Shown here: piece by piece, positions 1 through 12,225 of the stretch
Numbering within the stretch: position 1 is the first letter of the stretch
Layout of the letters: each line of letters opens with the position of its first letter
Source: Raillietiella orientalis
Taxonomy: Eukaryota
Assembly: GCA_036172245.1 (NCBI GenBank)
Contig: JAYWIR010000026.1
Location: 1,364,001-1,428,000, forward strand
Direction: 5' to 3'
Length of the DNA: 64,000 bases
Translations under genes and position numbers: made by a program
The notes under the pieces: model-generated
What the model was told of the DNA's origin: nothing
The model's input: the letters and a program-made list of their open reading frames with translations, nothing else
Database searches by the model: none

Positions 1-295
1 AATCTGCAATTCCTTAGGAGGGAGGGAAGGTCAGCTCATGTTTCCACCTGCACGGATGGACCAGTCTCACCAGGCAGTGGTAGCCAGTTCTGTCTGAGGA
101 GTCCACTGCCCTCCGAAATGGTAAGAGAGGGGAGGGGACATGTGATGGTCCAGGGAGAAGCTGGAAAAAGCTTCCTGCACACACCCTTTGCCGTTCAACG
201 AGCCCCATGCTAACCCTGCGTTTCCATGATCACGTCCCAGTGCACCGGACAGGTGCAGGGCGAGTGACAGTCGAGGCGTTAGGAGATGGGTCACG

Positions 296-500
296 AAAGA
301 ACCAAGTGCGTCAGTGTTCCGTGACTACGAGCGGCACCTCCACTCCAGCTGCCACCTTCGTCTTCCCGGAGGAAGCGATGGCGCCTTTCGTGCCTGGGCT
401 GCTCTCCCCACCGAATTCCCATCCACGAGCACAGACGGATCTCCCTCGATGGCCACGCAGAAGGAGGAATCCAGATATCCTCATGGCATGATGCGACAGG
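296..500 (+). repeat. Diverged dispersed repeat paralogous to ~3958-4125; probably a LINE post-RT fragment
   Basis: Shared aagaaccaag..gactacg..ccaccttcgtcttcccggaggaag..gtgcct.ggctgc.ctcccc; this copy carries an extra 22 nt. Confidence 0.65.
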
Positions 501-2949
501 CTAGGCGCGTCCTAAGAGGTCAGTGCTGCCCTACACCGCGTTTACTCAGCCCAACGAACCCGTTAAGCGGATTCGCGCCGAGATCTCACCCTCGCGACGA
601 GCGGGAAGGCCACACCGGGGAGATGGGCGGTGGGTCTGAATGCCCCGTAGCATCAGCGCTCCCTCGTAATCGCTCTTCGCCGATGACACAGAACGGACAG
701 AGAGGCGCTAGACGAAAATGACCGTAAAGGCTCCTCCTCCACATCCTCAGGCCGAGAGAGGTTCCAGGACGAAGAGGGGGCCTCCAAAATCACAGTCTTT
801 CGCAGCAGGAAAGAGCAGCCAAAGGAGCAACGCTACCCGCGCTCAAGAATCAGCCAGCCAGGAAGGGATGAGTGCTCCTCGTGAGCCCGCGGAAGGCAGT
901 GGGAGCTCCCTTCGGACTGCGGTCCCAGCGAAGATGATTCTTTTCCATGGATACGTCTGGTCCTCTGGTTTCCGTCTGGTCCCGTCTGGTCATGGGAAAC
1001 ACTCTGGCAGATGCCACGGGAGCGACGGACACTCTTGGTTTTCCCTCCTCTCTCTTTCGGAGCTGGACTGTCAACTTTGGAAGAGTCCGAACGGCGTCTC
1101 TTTGGATGGATTCGCTGTACCGCCTGAAGCACATTCTACCAGGCTCTGCTAAAAAGCGTTTGACAATGCGAGAATGAATAACAAGACAAGCAGTGCTGAG
1201 CCGCCATTAGCCTCACCTCGGATCATCCTTCTCACTTCTCAGTGAGAATGATCCCGGGCCCTCGTCATCCTCCGCATCTTCCGTTCGAGCCACCTCATGA
1301 AACCGGATCGCACAGCGTCTCTCGCCTGGAAGGTTCTGCTGGAACCGGCGTCGCATTCCGTTCTCCTGGATCGTACCTCGCTTGATCTCGGGTACGAGCC
1401 CTTCCTGATCGGGGAAGATGTTTCAGAGTGCTTGGTCGTTCGGATGGAAGTCGAGTACCACTGCTACTCCGCCCCCTTTTTTTTTTCTTTTTTTCGTTTT
1501 GTTTTCCCCCTCCGGGATCAGATCTTCCTGTCAGGAGTCTTCCGTCCCGAAAGATTAACAGACGAGAAGCCCGGGCACCTGAGATTGCGGGGATATCGAG
1601 AAGATAAAAAAAAAAAAAAAAAAGTCTTTTCCCGAGGGCCGGCTTGTTTTGGATCTTCGGTTTCCACGAGAGGAGCTCGAGGAGAAGCGGATTCTCCGGG
1701 TCCCCTGACTTCCAGAGGGCGCCACTTAGGGTGTCACCGGTACGGGCGCGACATTCGTGCAGCAGTCTGCTGAGCATGCGCTAATTAACACCCCGAGGAG
1801 TGCGCGTGCTGTGACACACACACATCTGGGAAGACTGCTGCAGATGCGTAACGAGGTACGAGATGCGTGCTAACCCATAATTGAGCCATTCTGCTTCAGA
1901 TGGCTTAATGACCACCGTGTGGTACTTTCGGGTCGTCAGTCCGGCAGGCAGGCTCGTCGGGTGGACTTCGTTCGCTACGAACGCTGGAACACGTCGCACA
2001 GTCAGAATGAGTGCCGTGGAAACGGGAGGAGGGGAGGCGGGAAGGGGGGAAGAAATCGCGGATGCCGCCGCCGCCGCACCCGGGGCGCCTTGCGAACCCC
2101 TCGGGCGAAGAGGCAACGACTAGGGCCGAATCAGGGAAGGGGGGCAAGCATCCAGCGTTTCCCTCCCTCCCCCCGCGCGCGCGCGCTCACTCTCTCTCGC
2201 ACCGCGCACATTGAGTCGCCCCCCCCCTCCCCCGATGGTTTCCGGCGACCGACCGACGACGACCGCAGATTTCCGTCCTGGCGACAGCAGCAGCGGAGGC
2301 CGGTGGTGGCGGCAGCACCATGGAATGTGCGCACTCTGTGCAGACTTTGTTTGTTTTGCTCAAAACGGAGGTGCTTCGACCAAACGGCCCTATCGAATTT
2401 CTAACCCATAAGCAGTTCGCCTCTGCGCTCTCCCTCCTTTGTGGTCGACTTGTTTTTTTTTTTTTTTTTTTTCGCCTTTTAATTCTCTTCCCCCTGCTGC
2501 TGCCACCGCGTGCGCACTTGGAGCGTGAGCCTCCGAGGAAGCGGGTCCGCGGAATGCTTCCAAAGACTTTCGAGCTCGGGATTTCGGCGGTTCGAAGCCG
2601 CACGGGGGCCGCTGCGGCCCGCTCCGACACCACTCGCGCTTTAATTGAGCCGCCGAAACAACACGCGCAGTCGATGAACTTAACGGAGCGCGCCGGGAGG
2701 AGGCGAGGAGACTGCCGCTGCTGCTGCATCCGTCACGTGCTGAGGTACTTCACGCGGCACGATTTTTTCCTTCCTCGGCGCGGACGGGGCCGTCGCAAAG
2801 CGGGCTCTCTCTCTCCCCTTTACCCTCCCCCCCCTCCCTGGCGAGGGAGGGGGGAAATCGTAAGGGTTTCGGAGGAGCCAGGGGAGATGCGCGGCGCTCT
2901 GCTCTTCGTGAGTGACGTGAGATAGGGCGTCCGGCTTCCGAAGGATGAG

Positions 2950-4130
2950 GATGCCACGAAGACCTGCATCGGACTCCAAGATGGCTTAAGCGACTCTACT
3001 GCAGGTCTCACCAATCTTGGTGGTCATGACGCGGCTAAGGGTCAAAACTCCTTCCCCCTTTCCTTCCGGAGCTTAAGGTGAAGTATGGCAGCAACCCCTG
3101 CCGAAACCTGAACCAACCAGGGGGGGTGAAGAGGCTCGAGGAGGAGGAAGGGACGGCTCGCCTCCGTTCCTTCTCGTTTCTCCGTGGCAGGTTCGACCCA
3201 AGGGAAGGGGGACGGTTGCCTTTGGTGGGATTGCGCCTCACAGGATGAGCTCCCACAGGGGAATGTGCCCGCGCTCTGCCCGGAGGCATGTCTCTGACGG
3301 AGATGGGAACCATCGCAAAGCTTGAGCAAACCATGTCCTGGTTTGCCCAGGCTTTGGAATCGGGACTCCCCTGGGATGATCGCTCGCAACTCTATCCGGG
3401 AACGGAGCAAGCCTTGTAGCTTGCCCTAAGACGGTTCCGCGGTGATCTCCCTCATCCGCATCATAAATAAAGGTGCCTCCCCCTCCCCTTTTTTCAAAGC
3501 GACGCGGATTCGTTTCTGTGACACACGACCCTGAGGATCTCGTCTCGCGGACCTCAGAAACCGAAACTTCCTGGACTCGTCAGAGATGCGATCGGAGGAG
3601 AAGGAAAACAAGCAGATTAAGGAGATTTGCAGCCTCTTTCTTCTCAGTCGCTGTCATCTGAAAATAGGTTTCGGACGGCCTGGGATGAGGGTCCTAGCAA
3701 CACGAGCCGCAGGGGGAAGATTCGCATCGGCCGAAGGTTGTGAGGGGGCTGAAATGCAAACAACTGACCACCACTTCCCCCGAGGTCGGTGAGTAGGAAA
3801 CCAAACGTCCAGGGACCTCTCAGGCCTTGCGCCGACTGACCGACTGTCAAGACCAGGTGCCATGAACGGTGGTAATTGTGTCTTCCCGAAGACGGAGACT
3901 CTGCAGAAGCAAATCCTCTCGTTAGGGCGCCATCCTGGCGCGGAGCACCCGATGAGGAAGAACCAAGAGCGCCAGTGCGTCGCGACTACGCCACCTTCGT
4001 CTTCCCGGAGGAAGAGACGGCTCCTTTTGTGCCTAGGCTGCGCTCCCCGCCGGCTTCCCTTCCACGGAGGAGGAGGAGGAATCAACAGAACGGCCGCAGT
4101 CAAATATTCCCATGACATGACGCGGTGGGT
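2950..4130 (+). mobile_element. Decayed L1/Tx1-like LINE ORF2 remnant (RT to thumb region)
   Basis: Frame-broken motifs in the expected order: WLKRLY (~2980), GMSL....IAK (~3285) and RLPFHGGGGGIN (~4050, like LP..GGLG). Stops and frameshifts throughout. Confidence 0.4.
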
Positions 4131-5789
4131 TGGGCTCTGGCCGTCGGCAACCCCCTCTTGCTCATCCTCGCGGCGGGCCCTGAAATGGGACGGCGAGGCT
4201 CGTGCGCTGCCTCTGCGGGAGGGAAGGGGCGCGTGCAATGTGGGGTCCTTGCGGGCGATGGCGCACCGCCATCGTTTCTTTCCCAGGCAAAAGGGGTGCG
4301 TGGGCGGGGTGGGTTGCCGGGGGTCTTCTCCCGCAACCCACTCCGGAATCGCGCCGCCGCTTCCTGCCTCAAGGTTCTTCCCGGCAGCGGACGGGTGATT
4401 CCGCGGGTCCCTGAGACGAGACCGTCGCCGCCCTCTCTCCAGAGAAGCCACTGCCTCCTGACCAGCCGCTGCACCCGGGTGCATGCGCGGTGGAGGCGGC
4501 GGAGGCGGCAGCAGCACTTCTCTCCCCGATTTTCACGCGGCGGCAAGTGGCGGCCGGTGCGACCTGCGTGTTCCACGGTCTTCCTCCGCGTGTTCCCTCC
4601 TTCGACCGCATGATTCAAGGGGTGCTCCTGTCAGAGGTCAGCCATAAATACTCTCCTTGTACGCCGTCATGACTTGCAGATGCCTTCATGCCACGAACGA
4701 ACACCTCGAGGTGTGGTGAAATCGCCTTTCAGCCTCGCCCGTGTCCAGACTGAGCAGAAGAACACTTTAAAGTGTTCGAGGCGGTCGAAATCTTCGGGGG
4801 GCGTGAAACTTTGTTTAAAAAAAAAAAATAAAAAAAATAAAAAAAAAAAGCACTGCGGGGAGAAGGGCAGCGCCGCCACGGGAACGACAGTTCATCGTTC
4901 CGAGAGTGAAAGCAATCCCGCCGTTGCCATGCACGGAAAGCGATTCACCCCGGCGGCTTGGCATTCCTGTTCCTTCCCGGCCTCCCTCCCGAGTGGGTCT
5001 GGAAGGGATCCACTGGGGAGCTTTCGCGGAGAGCCCCTGGAGGTGCCATGCTGACTGCTTCCCGAGGGAAGTCGACCTTCTGGGAACTTGCCTTGGCAAC
5101 CACCGCACTTCTCTCCTTCGGCTCTCGGATTTCACGCCCGGCTTTTGCAAGCAGGGGAAGGAGCAGGAGGCCAGGTAACCATGGCAGCGCGACGAATCGT
5201 CCGCGGCTGCTTTCCATTTCAGAATCCATCCCCGACAACCTCCATCTTTCTCTTTCACCGGCGCTTGCCGCCGCTCCCCCTCCTTCCTCTTCCTGCACAC
5301 ATGGCTGGAGGCGTGTTCGACCGTTCCCGATGCCTCACTGGGAACCAGGCGAGGGGATCCTCTGCTGAGAGACGGGGAAGGGAGGGCGGTCCTGGTCTAG
5401 AAGGGCAGAGAACCCGGTCGTCACTCACTGACCCCAAGGTGAACCGCCGAGCACTTCCTCCCGGACTTTCCGCTTCCCGGAGCGGCACGGTCCCAGGAGC
5501 GACCCCTCCTCCTCGCTCTTCCACCTTCTCCTCCCCTCCCTGACCCCACATCCGAAGGAACGAGCGCTTGCATTCCGGTTCCGGGTTCCGCGGCTCGCCG
5601 TCGCCTCGGACTGCTCCGTGCGCTGACGTCAGAGGCACACTCTGGAGAGCCATGAAGGAAAAGGGACTCCCTCCTCCCGCCCGAAACGTCCAAGCGTTGA
5701 GAAACGGGAGGTGGGATGCAGCCGGGAGAGAGTGACGATCGACCTGGATAAGCACGCAGATGCGAATCTTCGGGAGCAGGCGGCGTGCT

Positions 5790-5922
5790 TCCCCTGCTCG
5801 CTGCTCCTCCTCGGCGCGCTCGGACATCATCAGCGCCTGATGATGACCGGAGCGCGGCGGCGAGAGAGAGATGCTCCTCGCGACAAACTCAATTTCGGAG
5901 AGTCGTGATCTCCGGAGCACAG
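5790..5922 (+). repeat. 133-bp direct repeat, copy 1 (hairpin at 5815-5856)
   Basis: Matches 6612-6744 with 3 substitutions. Confidence 0.95.
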
Positions 5923-6611
5923 CAGTCGATTCCCACCATTCCCACTCTGTTCCCCGAAGCGGCCGGTGTTTGGGGGCTCTGCGGCGGTCCTCCTTCTCTT
6001 TCCGAGATCTGCCTCCTCCTCCTTCCTTTTGTTCGCGGCGGAGCAGAAGGGAACGGAGGGAGGGGGGGAGGGAAGGCACGCGCGCGCCCTCTCCTTCCCT
6101 TCCTCTTCTTTTCCCCATGCGTTTGTTCAAGGTGGAAGGGCGTCCGTCCGTCGCAGGTCTGAGGTGGCGGTTGGCCCTCTGATCGCCCGAGTGGCGACGG
6201 CTTCTACTTCAGGGAGCTCGACTTTTCGGCTGAAGGTTCCCCGGAGGCTGGAGGAAGAGCTCGGATCCGTGGACCGAACGCGCAGCGGGAACGCGAAGGG
6301 GACGGCGGCGGATTCCCGCGCGCTCCACCCCCAGCACCACCGTCGGGTCCGCGGATCCACGGAAAGGGAGCTGCGTCGGGAGCCCTCCTTGAGGCCACGG
6401 AGCGTGGGGCACACCCCCGCCGCCGGCTAGCCGAGCAGCCGTGGGGGGGAGGGGGGTGAGAGGAGGAGGAGGAGGAGAAGGGATAGGCATTTAGGAGAGA
6501 CTACTCGGACAGTACCGGGGAGGAAGATCTGCGCGCGCTCTCTCCGCCTCCTCCTCCCCCGCGCGCGTTCCTGGCGAGACCCGCGTCCCGCAGGCGCGGC
6601 ATCGGCGAGCC

Positions 6612-6744
6612 TCCCCTGCTCGCTGCTCCTCCTCGGCGCGCTCGGACATCATCAGCGCCTGATGATGACCGGAGCGCGGCGGCGAGAGAGAGATGCTCCT
6701 CGCGGCAAACTCAATTTCGGCGAGTCGTGATCTCCGGAGTACAG
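6612..6744 (+). repeat. 133-bp direct repeat, copy 2 (hairpin at 6637-6678)
   Basis: Matches 5790-5922 at an offset of 822 bp. Confidence 0.95.
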
Positions 6745-7032
6745 TTAGGCCCGCCGGAACGCTCCGCGGATGAAACCGCGCGTGGAGGAGGCAGCGGTCC
6801 GGCCGAGGAAGGCACCGAAAGCGAAGAGGCGAAAACTCTCACATTTTATATTTCCTTGACCCTGCTTCAGCGTAGCTGGTTGGTCAGCTCGCCCCGAAGG
6901 AGGATTCGCCGCGTGACGTAACTGAGCTAGGATTAGACCGCGACGGAATATCGACTACAAGGTAAGAAGATTTTTTCGCTTTTAATTACAAGAAAGGAGC
7001 GGAGATAAGATGCAGGACCGGGTGGACGGTTT

Positions 7033-7268
7033 TCAGTAGCTCCTCCGATGGCCGCGCGTGTGGTGGTGGCGGCCCCCGCTCGCAAGGGTGCCCGTCCTTT
7101 CGGCAGCAGGACTCCCGGCCCGGGCTCTCCGTTGCGCGCACCGTCCGGCCGACCGGCCACGAAGCCCACCCGGGGCAGCCGGCGGCGACAGCACCTGCAG
7201 ACGTCCCCTTCCCCCTTCCCACCCGTGGCTCGCAGCAGCAGCAGCAGCAGCAGCGGAGGATCGATGAG
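7033..7268 (+). promoter_or_regulatory. Candidate transcription start and non-coding first exon of the tenectin-like gene
   Basis: Arthropod Inr-like TCAGT at 7033-7037 downstream of a local AT-rich patch; strong donor GAG|gtgaga at 7269; the coding exon at 12123 is preceded by an acceptor. Inference only. Confidence 0.3.
7232..7253. repeat. (CAG)n microsatellite
   Basis: Direct reading. Confidence 0.9.
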
Positions 7269-7601
7269 GTGAGAGGGGTGTCCGGCTGGCCGCCGGAAGG
7301 GGACGAGGAGCAGCAGCAGCAGCAGGCGGGCGGCGCCCGCGCTTCGGTGGGAGAGGGGGAGAAAGAGGAGGGAGGCGCGGTCCACGGGGAGCGCGGGTCG
7401 GAACGCCCGGGTCCTCTCGATCCAGCTGGAGGCTGCTGTTGCCAGGGAGACTCGCGAACGGGTGGGAGCGCGCGGGCGGAGGAGGAGGGGACGTCTCGCT
7501 TCCGTTCCCTCCTCTCGTTTTTGTGTCCAGGCGCGCCGTGGCAGGTTCCCCGTGGAAACCCAGCCCAGGGGGGAGGAGGAGGTTGAAATATCCGTCTGCA
7601 A

Positions 7602-7602
7602 C

Positions 7603-7633
<31 letters not shown>

Positions 7634-7662
7634 GCAGCGGCGGCGGCGGCGGCGGCGGCGGC
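7602..7662. repeat. (GGC)n microsatellite, ~20 units with GCA interruptions
   Basis: Direct reading. Confidence 0.95.
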
Positions 7663-10600
7663 TGCTTTCGGCCCCTCCGTGTCGTTAGGGACGGCGGGGA
7701 AGGAGACGGAACCTTCGAAGTAAACATTCGCATTCCCGGAACGCGCACGCGCGCACGAGGGACGGCGGGCGGCGCCCTCCGGGCTCGCGTGTTGGAAGAG
7801 ACTCCGGGAGATTCCGGGACGAACCGCCGGCACGCCGCGCCCCCCACAGGACTCTCCGCTCCCGTCTTCCCCAGCCCTCCTTCCTGGGTGCAGCGGCAGC
7901 CACTCCTCCGCAAGGGTCCCCTTTCGCGATCCCTCCAGGCTCGTTTTTAGACCAACATTCCCAGTGAGACGACTCCCCCTCCTCGCCCCCTGCGTGCGCC
8001 CGGCGATCGGTCCTCCGGTGACGAGGCGTCAGGGTCACCCGCGTAAACCCAAAGGGAGCAGCGTGCAGGCACCTCGCCGATCTGCTCGCCAGTTCCGCGA
8101 GATGGCGCGGAAGCGGTGAAAGAGAAATCGTGAAGAAAAAACGTCAAGCGGGGCGCGTCCGTCCGCAGGGTAGGCCGGGCGGCGGATCCTCATGAACTGA
8201 CCGACCTGGAAAGAGGGGAAGGGTCAGCTGACCGATGAGCTGAGCCACGACCTGTGGCGCCACCCGAGCGAGGCGCAGGACTGAAAGGTTCTACTCCTCC
8301 AGCATTCCAAGCGCTCCCTACGGCGACGAACGACCCCCGTGCCTCCCCTCCCCCTCTTCTCCGTTCCCTCCTCCGCCGCGAACGTCCTGGGACGCGCACC
8401 CGTCTTGCCCAGGCCCCTTCGCGGCGCCTTCCAAGCAACTCCCAGCCGTTGGGTCCCGCTCTGGATTTTTCCGCCGCGAGCTCGCGGACAGAGGGATGAA
8501 GGCGAAGAGGCGAACCCCGGAGCTGTCCGGAGGGTCACATCTGTCCGCAGCGTGAGTCAGACCGCCCTGCTGCCGCCCTTGTTTCGTCCACGCGCCTCAG
8601 CTCGCATTCGTCGGCATTCCGGTACGCCGCAGCATCCGAGCAGGTTCGGCCGATGATTTTTTTTTCGCCGCCCCTCACGACGGGAAGGTGGCTGGTATCT
8701 TTCGCAGCGGTGGAGCGCTGGGGTGGGTGCCGTTTCGCCCTCCTCCTCCCCCTCCCCTCCGGGGCGGCCTCGGCCGGCGCTCCGGGCCTCCGAAGAGAGA
8801 AGGGGGGAGGAGCACGTCCTTGGGCACGGAGGTGCCCTCCCTCCCCGGTGGACCTCCGCTCCCCACGGACTCCCGGCTCACCCTGTGGCTCGCAACGCCG
8901 CCTCACCTCGGGCAGCTCTCTGCAAGCGCGGAGCGGAAGTCGGATGGCTGTTCCCGGCTTCCTTCCTCGCACCCTCTGCCCGGACGGCATCCGCTCTCGG
9001 GACCCGGAGGTGAGGCGGCGGGGTGGGCGATCCAAGGCGGCTGAAGGCAGCACACCATCCCTTTGCATCCGGCCGGAGGAGTGTGCAAACAGCCGGCGCC
9101 CGCCGGCAGCCCGGCTTGCGCAATGGCCCACAATAAAATCTATTAATAGAGCATCTCTTCTTCGTCACCTGTTCAAGGCGCCCGAAGACCCATCCGCTCT
9201 TTGCGGCGCTCTCCTTCCTCAACTCCGAAAGGTGGCGCGCAAGGGAACCTCCGGGATCGGAACGCTCTGGAAGGGGGAAGGCGGGAGGAAGGGAAACTCC
9301 CTCAGCGCGCGAAGAGGCGCTTAGCCGAGCGCTCCAGGCGAAGGAAGAGAAGCGGTGAGAATCGATGCTGCTGCTGACTCCGAGACCGGACGGGACCCCT
9401 CGCATCTCGAATCTCGGAAATTCATCCGGGTCCCGGATGGCCGCTTCCCCGCATGCACTCAGGTCCATCCCACCCCACCCACTCCCCGGAACGTAGCACG
9501 CACGGGCGCCTCTGGGAAGATCGAGTGATGACTTCACTCTACCCGATGGGACGAGCCCGATAAAGATGGAGATGGTGATGAAGATAGGAAGGGGGGAGGG
9601 GAGGGGGCAGCTAGACGAAGACTGCTGAGCAGATCGCGTGGATGTAGATAGAAGGGAGGAATGGGGGGGGTAGGGGCACACGGGCGGAGACGGGGGGTAA
9701 GTAGACATGGATGCACGGGGAGGCGGACGCGCGGATGTGGGTGGACACGAGTGTGATAGATGGATCTGCAGGACTGGCGTCCTCAGATCCAGATATCCAG
9801 AAGCAATTACTGCGCTCTCCGTTAGGGCGACTTCCTTCTCCAAAAATAGAGCGCGAGAGCGCATCTCCCCTTCAGCCTGATAAAGCGGAAGTTGCTCAGA
9901 TCCTTTTGCGGAGGAGGAGGAGGAGAATCGTCGGTCCTCCCTCTCCCTCCCTTTCTCAGGACTCCGGTCAGGTTCACTTCCGAAGTTGACAGGAGTGCAG
10001 CGGACCAGACGACCGCGCGCGCTCTCCTCGCTCCCAGACGGCTCGGAGGCGTCTGACGTCGCGCGCGCGAACCCGCCACGGCCACTCTCGCTTTCTCCGG
10101 TTGCCACCGCGGGAACCAATGTCAATGTCTCGCGTGATCTCCGGCCCTTCCAGACGGCAGCGCGCGCCGTGAGACTGACTGTTACGGGGCCGACCTCGGC
10201 AGCACCACCAGCACCACCGCCGCTCTCTCTTCCTCCTCCCCTTTCCATCAGTTGGGGGCGACGGTGCGCGCGCGCCTTCGGAACGATTGTTTCCCGCGGG
10301 AAGGAACGCGACCGCTGGCACCGGCGCGATTATTTTTGCTCGCGACGGAACTGAGCGGGAATATTGGAGAGAGGTGCCCGGAGGCATGGGGGAGGGGAGG
10401 GGGAGAGAGAGAGAGAGGGAGGGAGGGAGGCGGAGGACGAGAACGAGAGCCCGAGTTTACGGAGCCGCTTCAGCTGCACCGGTGGCGATTTCGCCCGTGA
10501 AAACGACCGGAACGAAAGTGAAAGCCGAACGTCTGCTCCGCGCCAGAGCTGCCGCCTGGCGTCTCGGCTCGCTCGAATTTGCTTATGCGGGGCGCCCGTG

Positions 10601-11935
10601 CGTGATCGTCGCGTGCTGAGACGGCATGAAATTCTTGGCTGGCTGCGGGGGGATTCCTTCCTTCCGAGACGCGCGCGCGCACTCCCGGAGGAACCCGTGG
10701 TCCGCCGTTGCTAGGCGCCGCGGGGATCGAGGAGCGGAGCAGCCGAGCTCACTCAGCCTCTCCGTGGCAACAGCGTCCCGTCATCCCTGCGACGGGGGAC
10801 CGCGCACTCGGGTGTAGCCAGAGCGGGCCACCCGGAAACGAATCTCGTAGCTGGGGACTCGGAGGAGGAAAAAAGTCCCCCCCCCCCCCTACCTCCAAAA
10901 AAAAAAGGGGACCGAGGAAGTGAAACGGAGAGGGCGCCCGGACGGGCGACAGGGCTGGCGTTCAAGAGAGGTGGCGGCGGAGCTTCCGCGCGCTCCACAC
11001 CAGGCCGGCAGGATCGTTCCGTTCTCCGTCGCTCGGTAACTCCCCTCGACTCGACTGGGTTAACCAGGGAGCGGGGAGACACCAAAAAGCGGGAAGGGAT
11101 GGGACTTAGGGTCGGTTGCCCCTCCCCTCCCGGAGACCCGCAGCGATCGCTTCCGCCCTCGAAACTCGCGGTTTACGAGCATGAGCGCAGGCTGGCAGCT
11201 GGAACCGAGCAGCTTCATCCAGAGATCGCGCGCGCTCCTCCCGGCAGGAGCCCACGCGGGGAACCGGGAGAGGGGAGCGCTCGGTGTCGCTTGCTAGTGC
11301 ACGCCGCCGCTGAGCGGACGCATGCGAGCTCGGAGCGCGAACAGCAGCAGCAGCAGTCGGATGATCATCGCCTCGCAACCGTCCCTTCGCTCACCCCCCG
11401 TTACACTTCCCGGCCTCACGGAGAGAACCGGAAGGCGAAGACTGGGATACCCCGCACGAGGGGAGGTAAGGGTTAGGTCAGTCCTCGATCGCCACCTCAG
11501 GGCTAGCTGGTCAGCGCTTCCTCCAAGCGCGGCGGCGCCGAGACGTCCTCGGACGCCATCTTCGTCCCTCTTCGAATGATCAGGGTTTTCCCGTCCGAGA
11601 GAAGGGCCAAGGGCAGTCGTCTCCTCCCGAAGGAGGTCCGCTTTGTTTGCCTTTCGGCTCGGGCGCGAAGCTCCGTTTGAAGAGGGCGCGGGGAGAGATA
11701 GGAGGAGGGAGGCGCGGAGAGATGACGAGAGCGAACTTCCTCACCCGGGCAACACGCGAGACTGCCACTCTCCGTTGCCCTTTCTCTCGTGCGGGCGCGC
11801 GCGCGCGCACAGAAATCGGACCGGACCGGATGTCGCCGAAGGGGTCATTCCTTCCTCTTTCGTTTCCTTCTCCCCGTGTGATCTCGCACGGGCGGAAGCG
11901 CACGCGCGCGGATGCCCGTCTCTCCTTCCCCCTCC

Positions 11936-11960
11936 CCTCTCTCTCTCTCTCTCTCTCTCT
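11936..11960. repeat. (CT)n microsatellite upstream of the first coding exon
   Basis: Direct reading. Confidence 0.9.
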
Positions 11961-12122
11961 CCCCGCTACGGACGAAGAAGGGGCAGAGGGGGGTGGATTG
12001 TCCGACCGACCGAGACTTGCACTCTCCACCTGCCCACCCACTCCCCGTCCCCCCAGAGACCAAACTGGCGAGGACCCAGGGAGACATGCAGTGACCAGGA
12101 TTTCTCACAGCTGCCTTCCAGG

Positions 12123-12225
12123 ATGCCGCCCGTCCGCCGCCGTGCGCCTCCTTCCTCCTGCTGGCGGGTCACGTGGAAGGAGCTGATGGTCGTCGCCGCC
12201 GTGAGCGCCGCCTGCGTCAGCACAG
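12123..12225 (+). CDS. tnc: First coding exon: signal peptide (MPPVRRRAPPSSCWRVTWKELMVVAAVSAACVST)
   Basis: ATG at 12123 follows acceptor-like tttctcacag (12110) or ccttccag (12121). The peptide has a basic n-region and a hydrophobic core. Donor CAG|gtgagc is phase 1 and joins the next exon to read VST-APLSW. Confidence 0.75.

Noticed and set aside
1856..1899. 44-nt intron-like segment (gtacga..gctaac..cttcag); another intron-like stretch lies at 121-240
   Set aside because: I could not build flanking exons into a coherent reading frame.
6263..6358. Inverted repeat ggatccgtggacc / ggtccgcggatcc
   Set aside because: A 13-bp imperfect stem in very GC-rich DNA is plausible by chance.
5790..6744. 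CRISPR-like or LTR interpretation of the direct repeat
   Set aside because: Only two 133-bp units, no spacer array or cas genes, no TG..CA termini and no internal coding region.
6933..10248. Long minus-strand ORFs (326, 266 and 456 aa) with poly-Pro/Ala/Gly runs
   Set aside because: Explained by high GC content and GGC/CAG microsatellites; no domain motifs.
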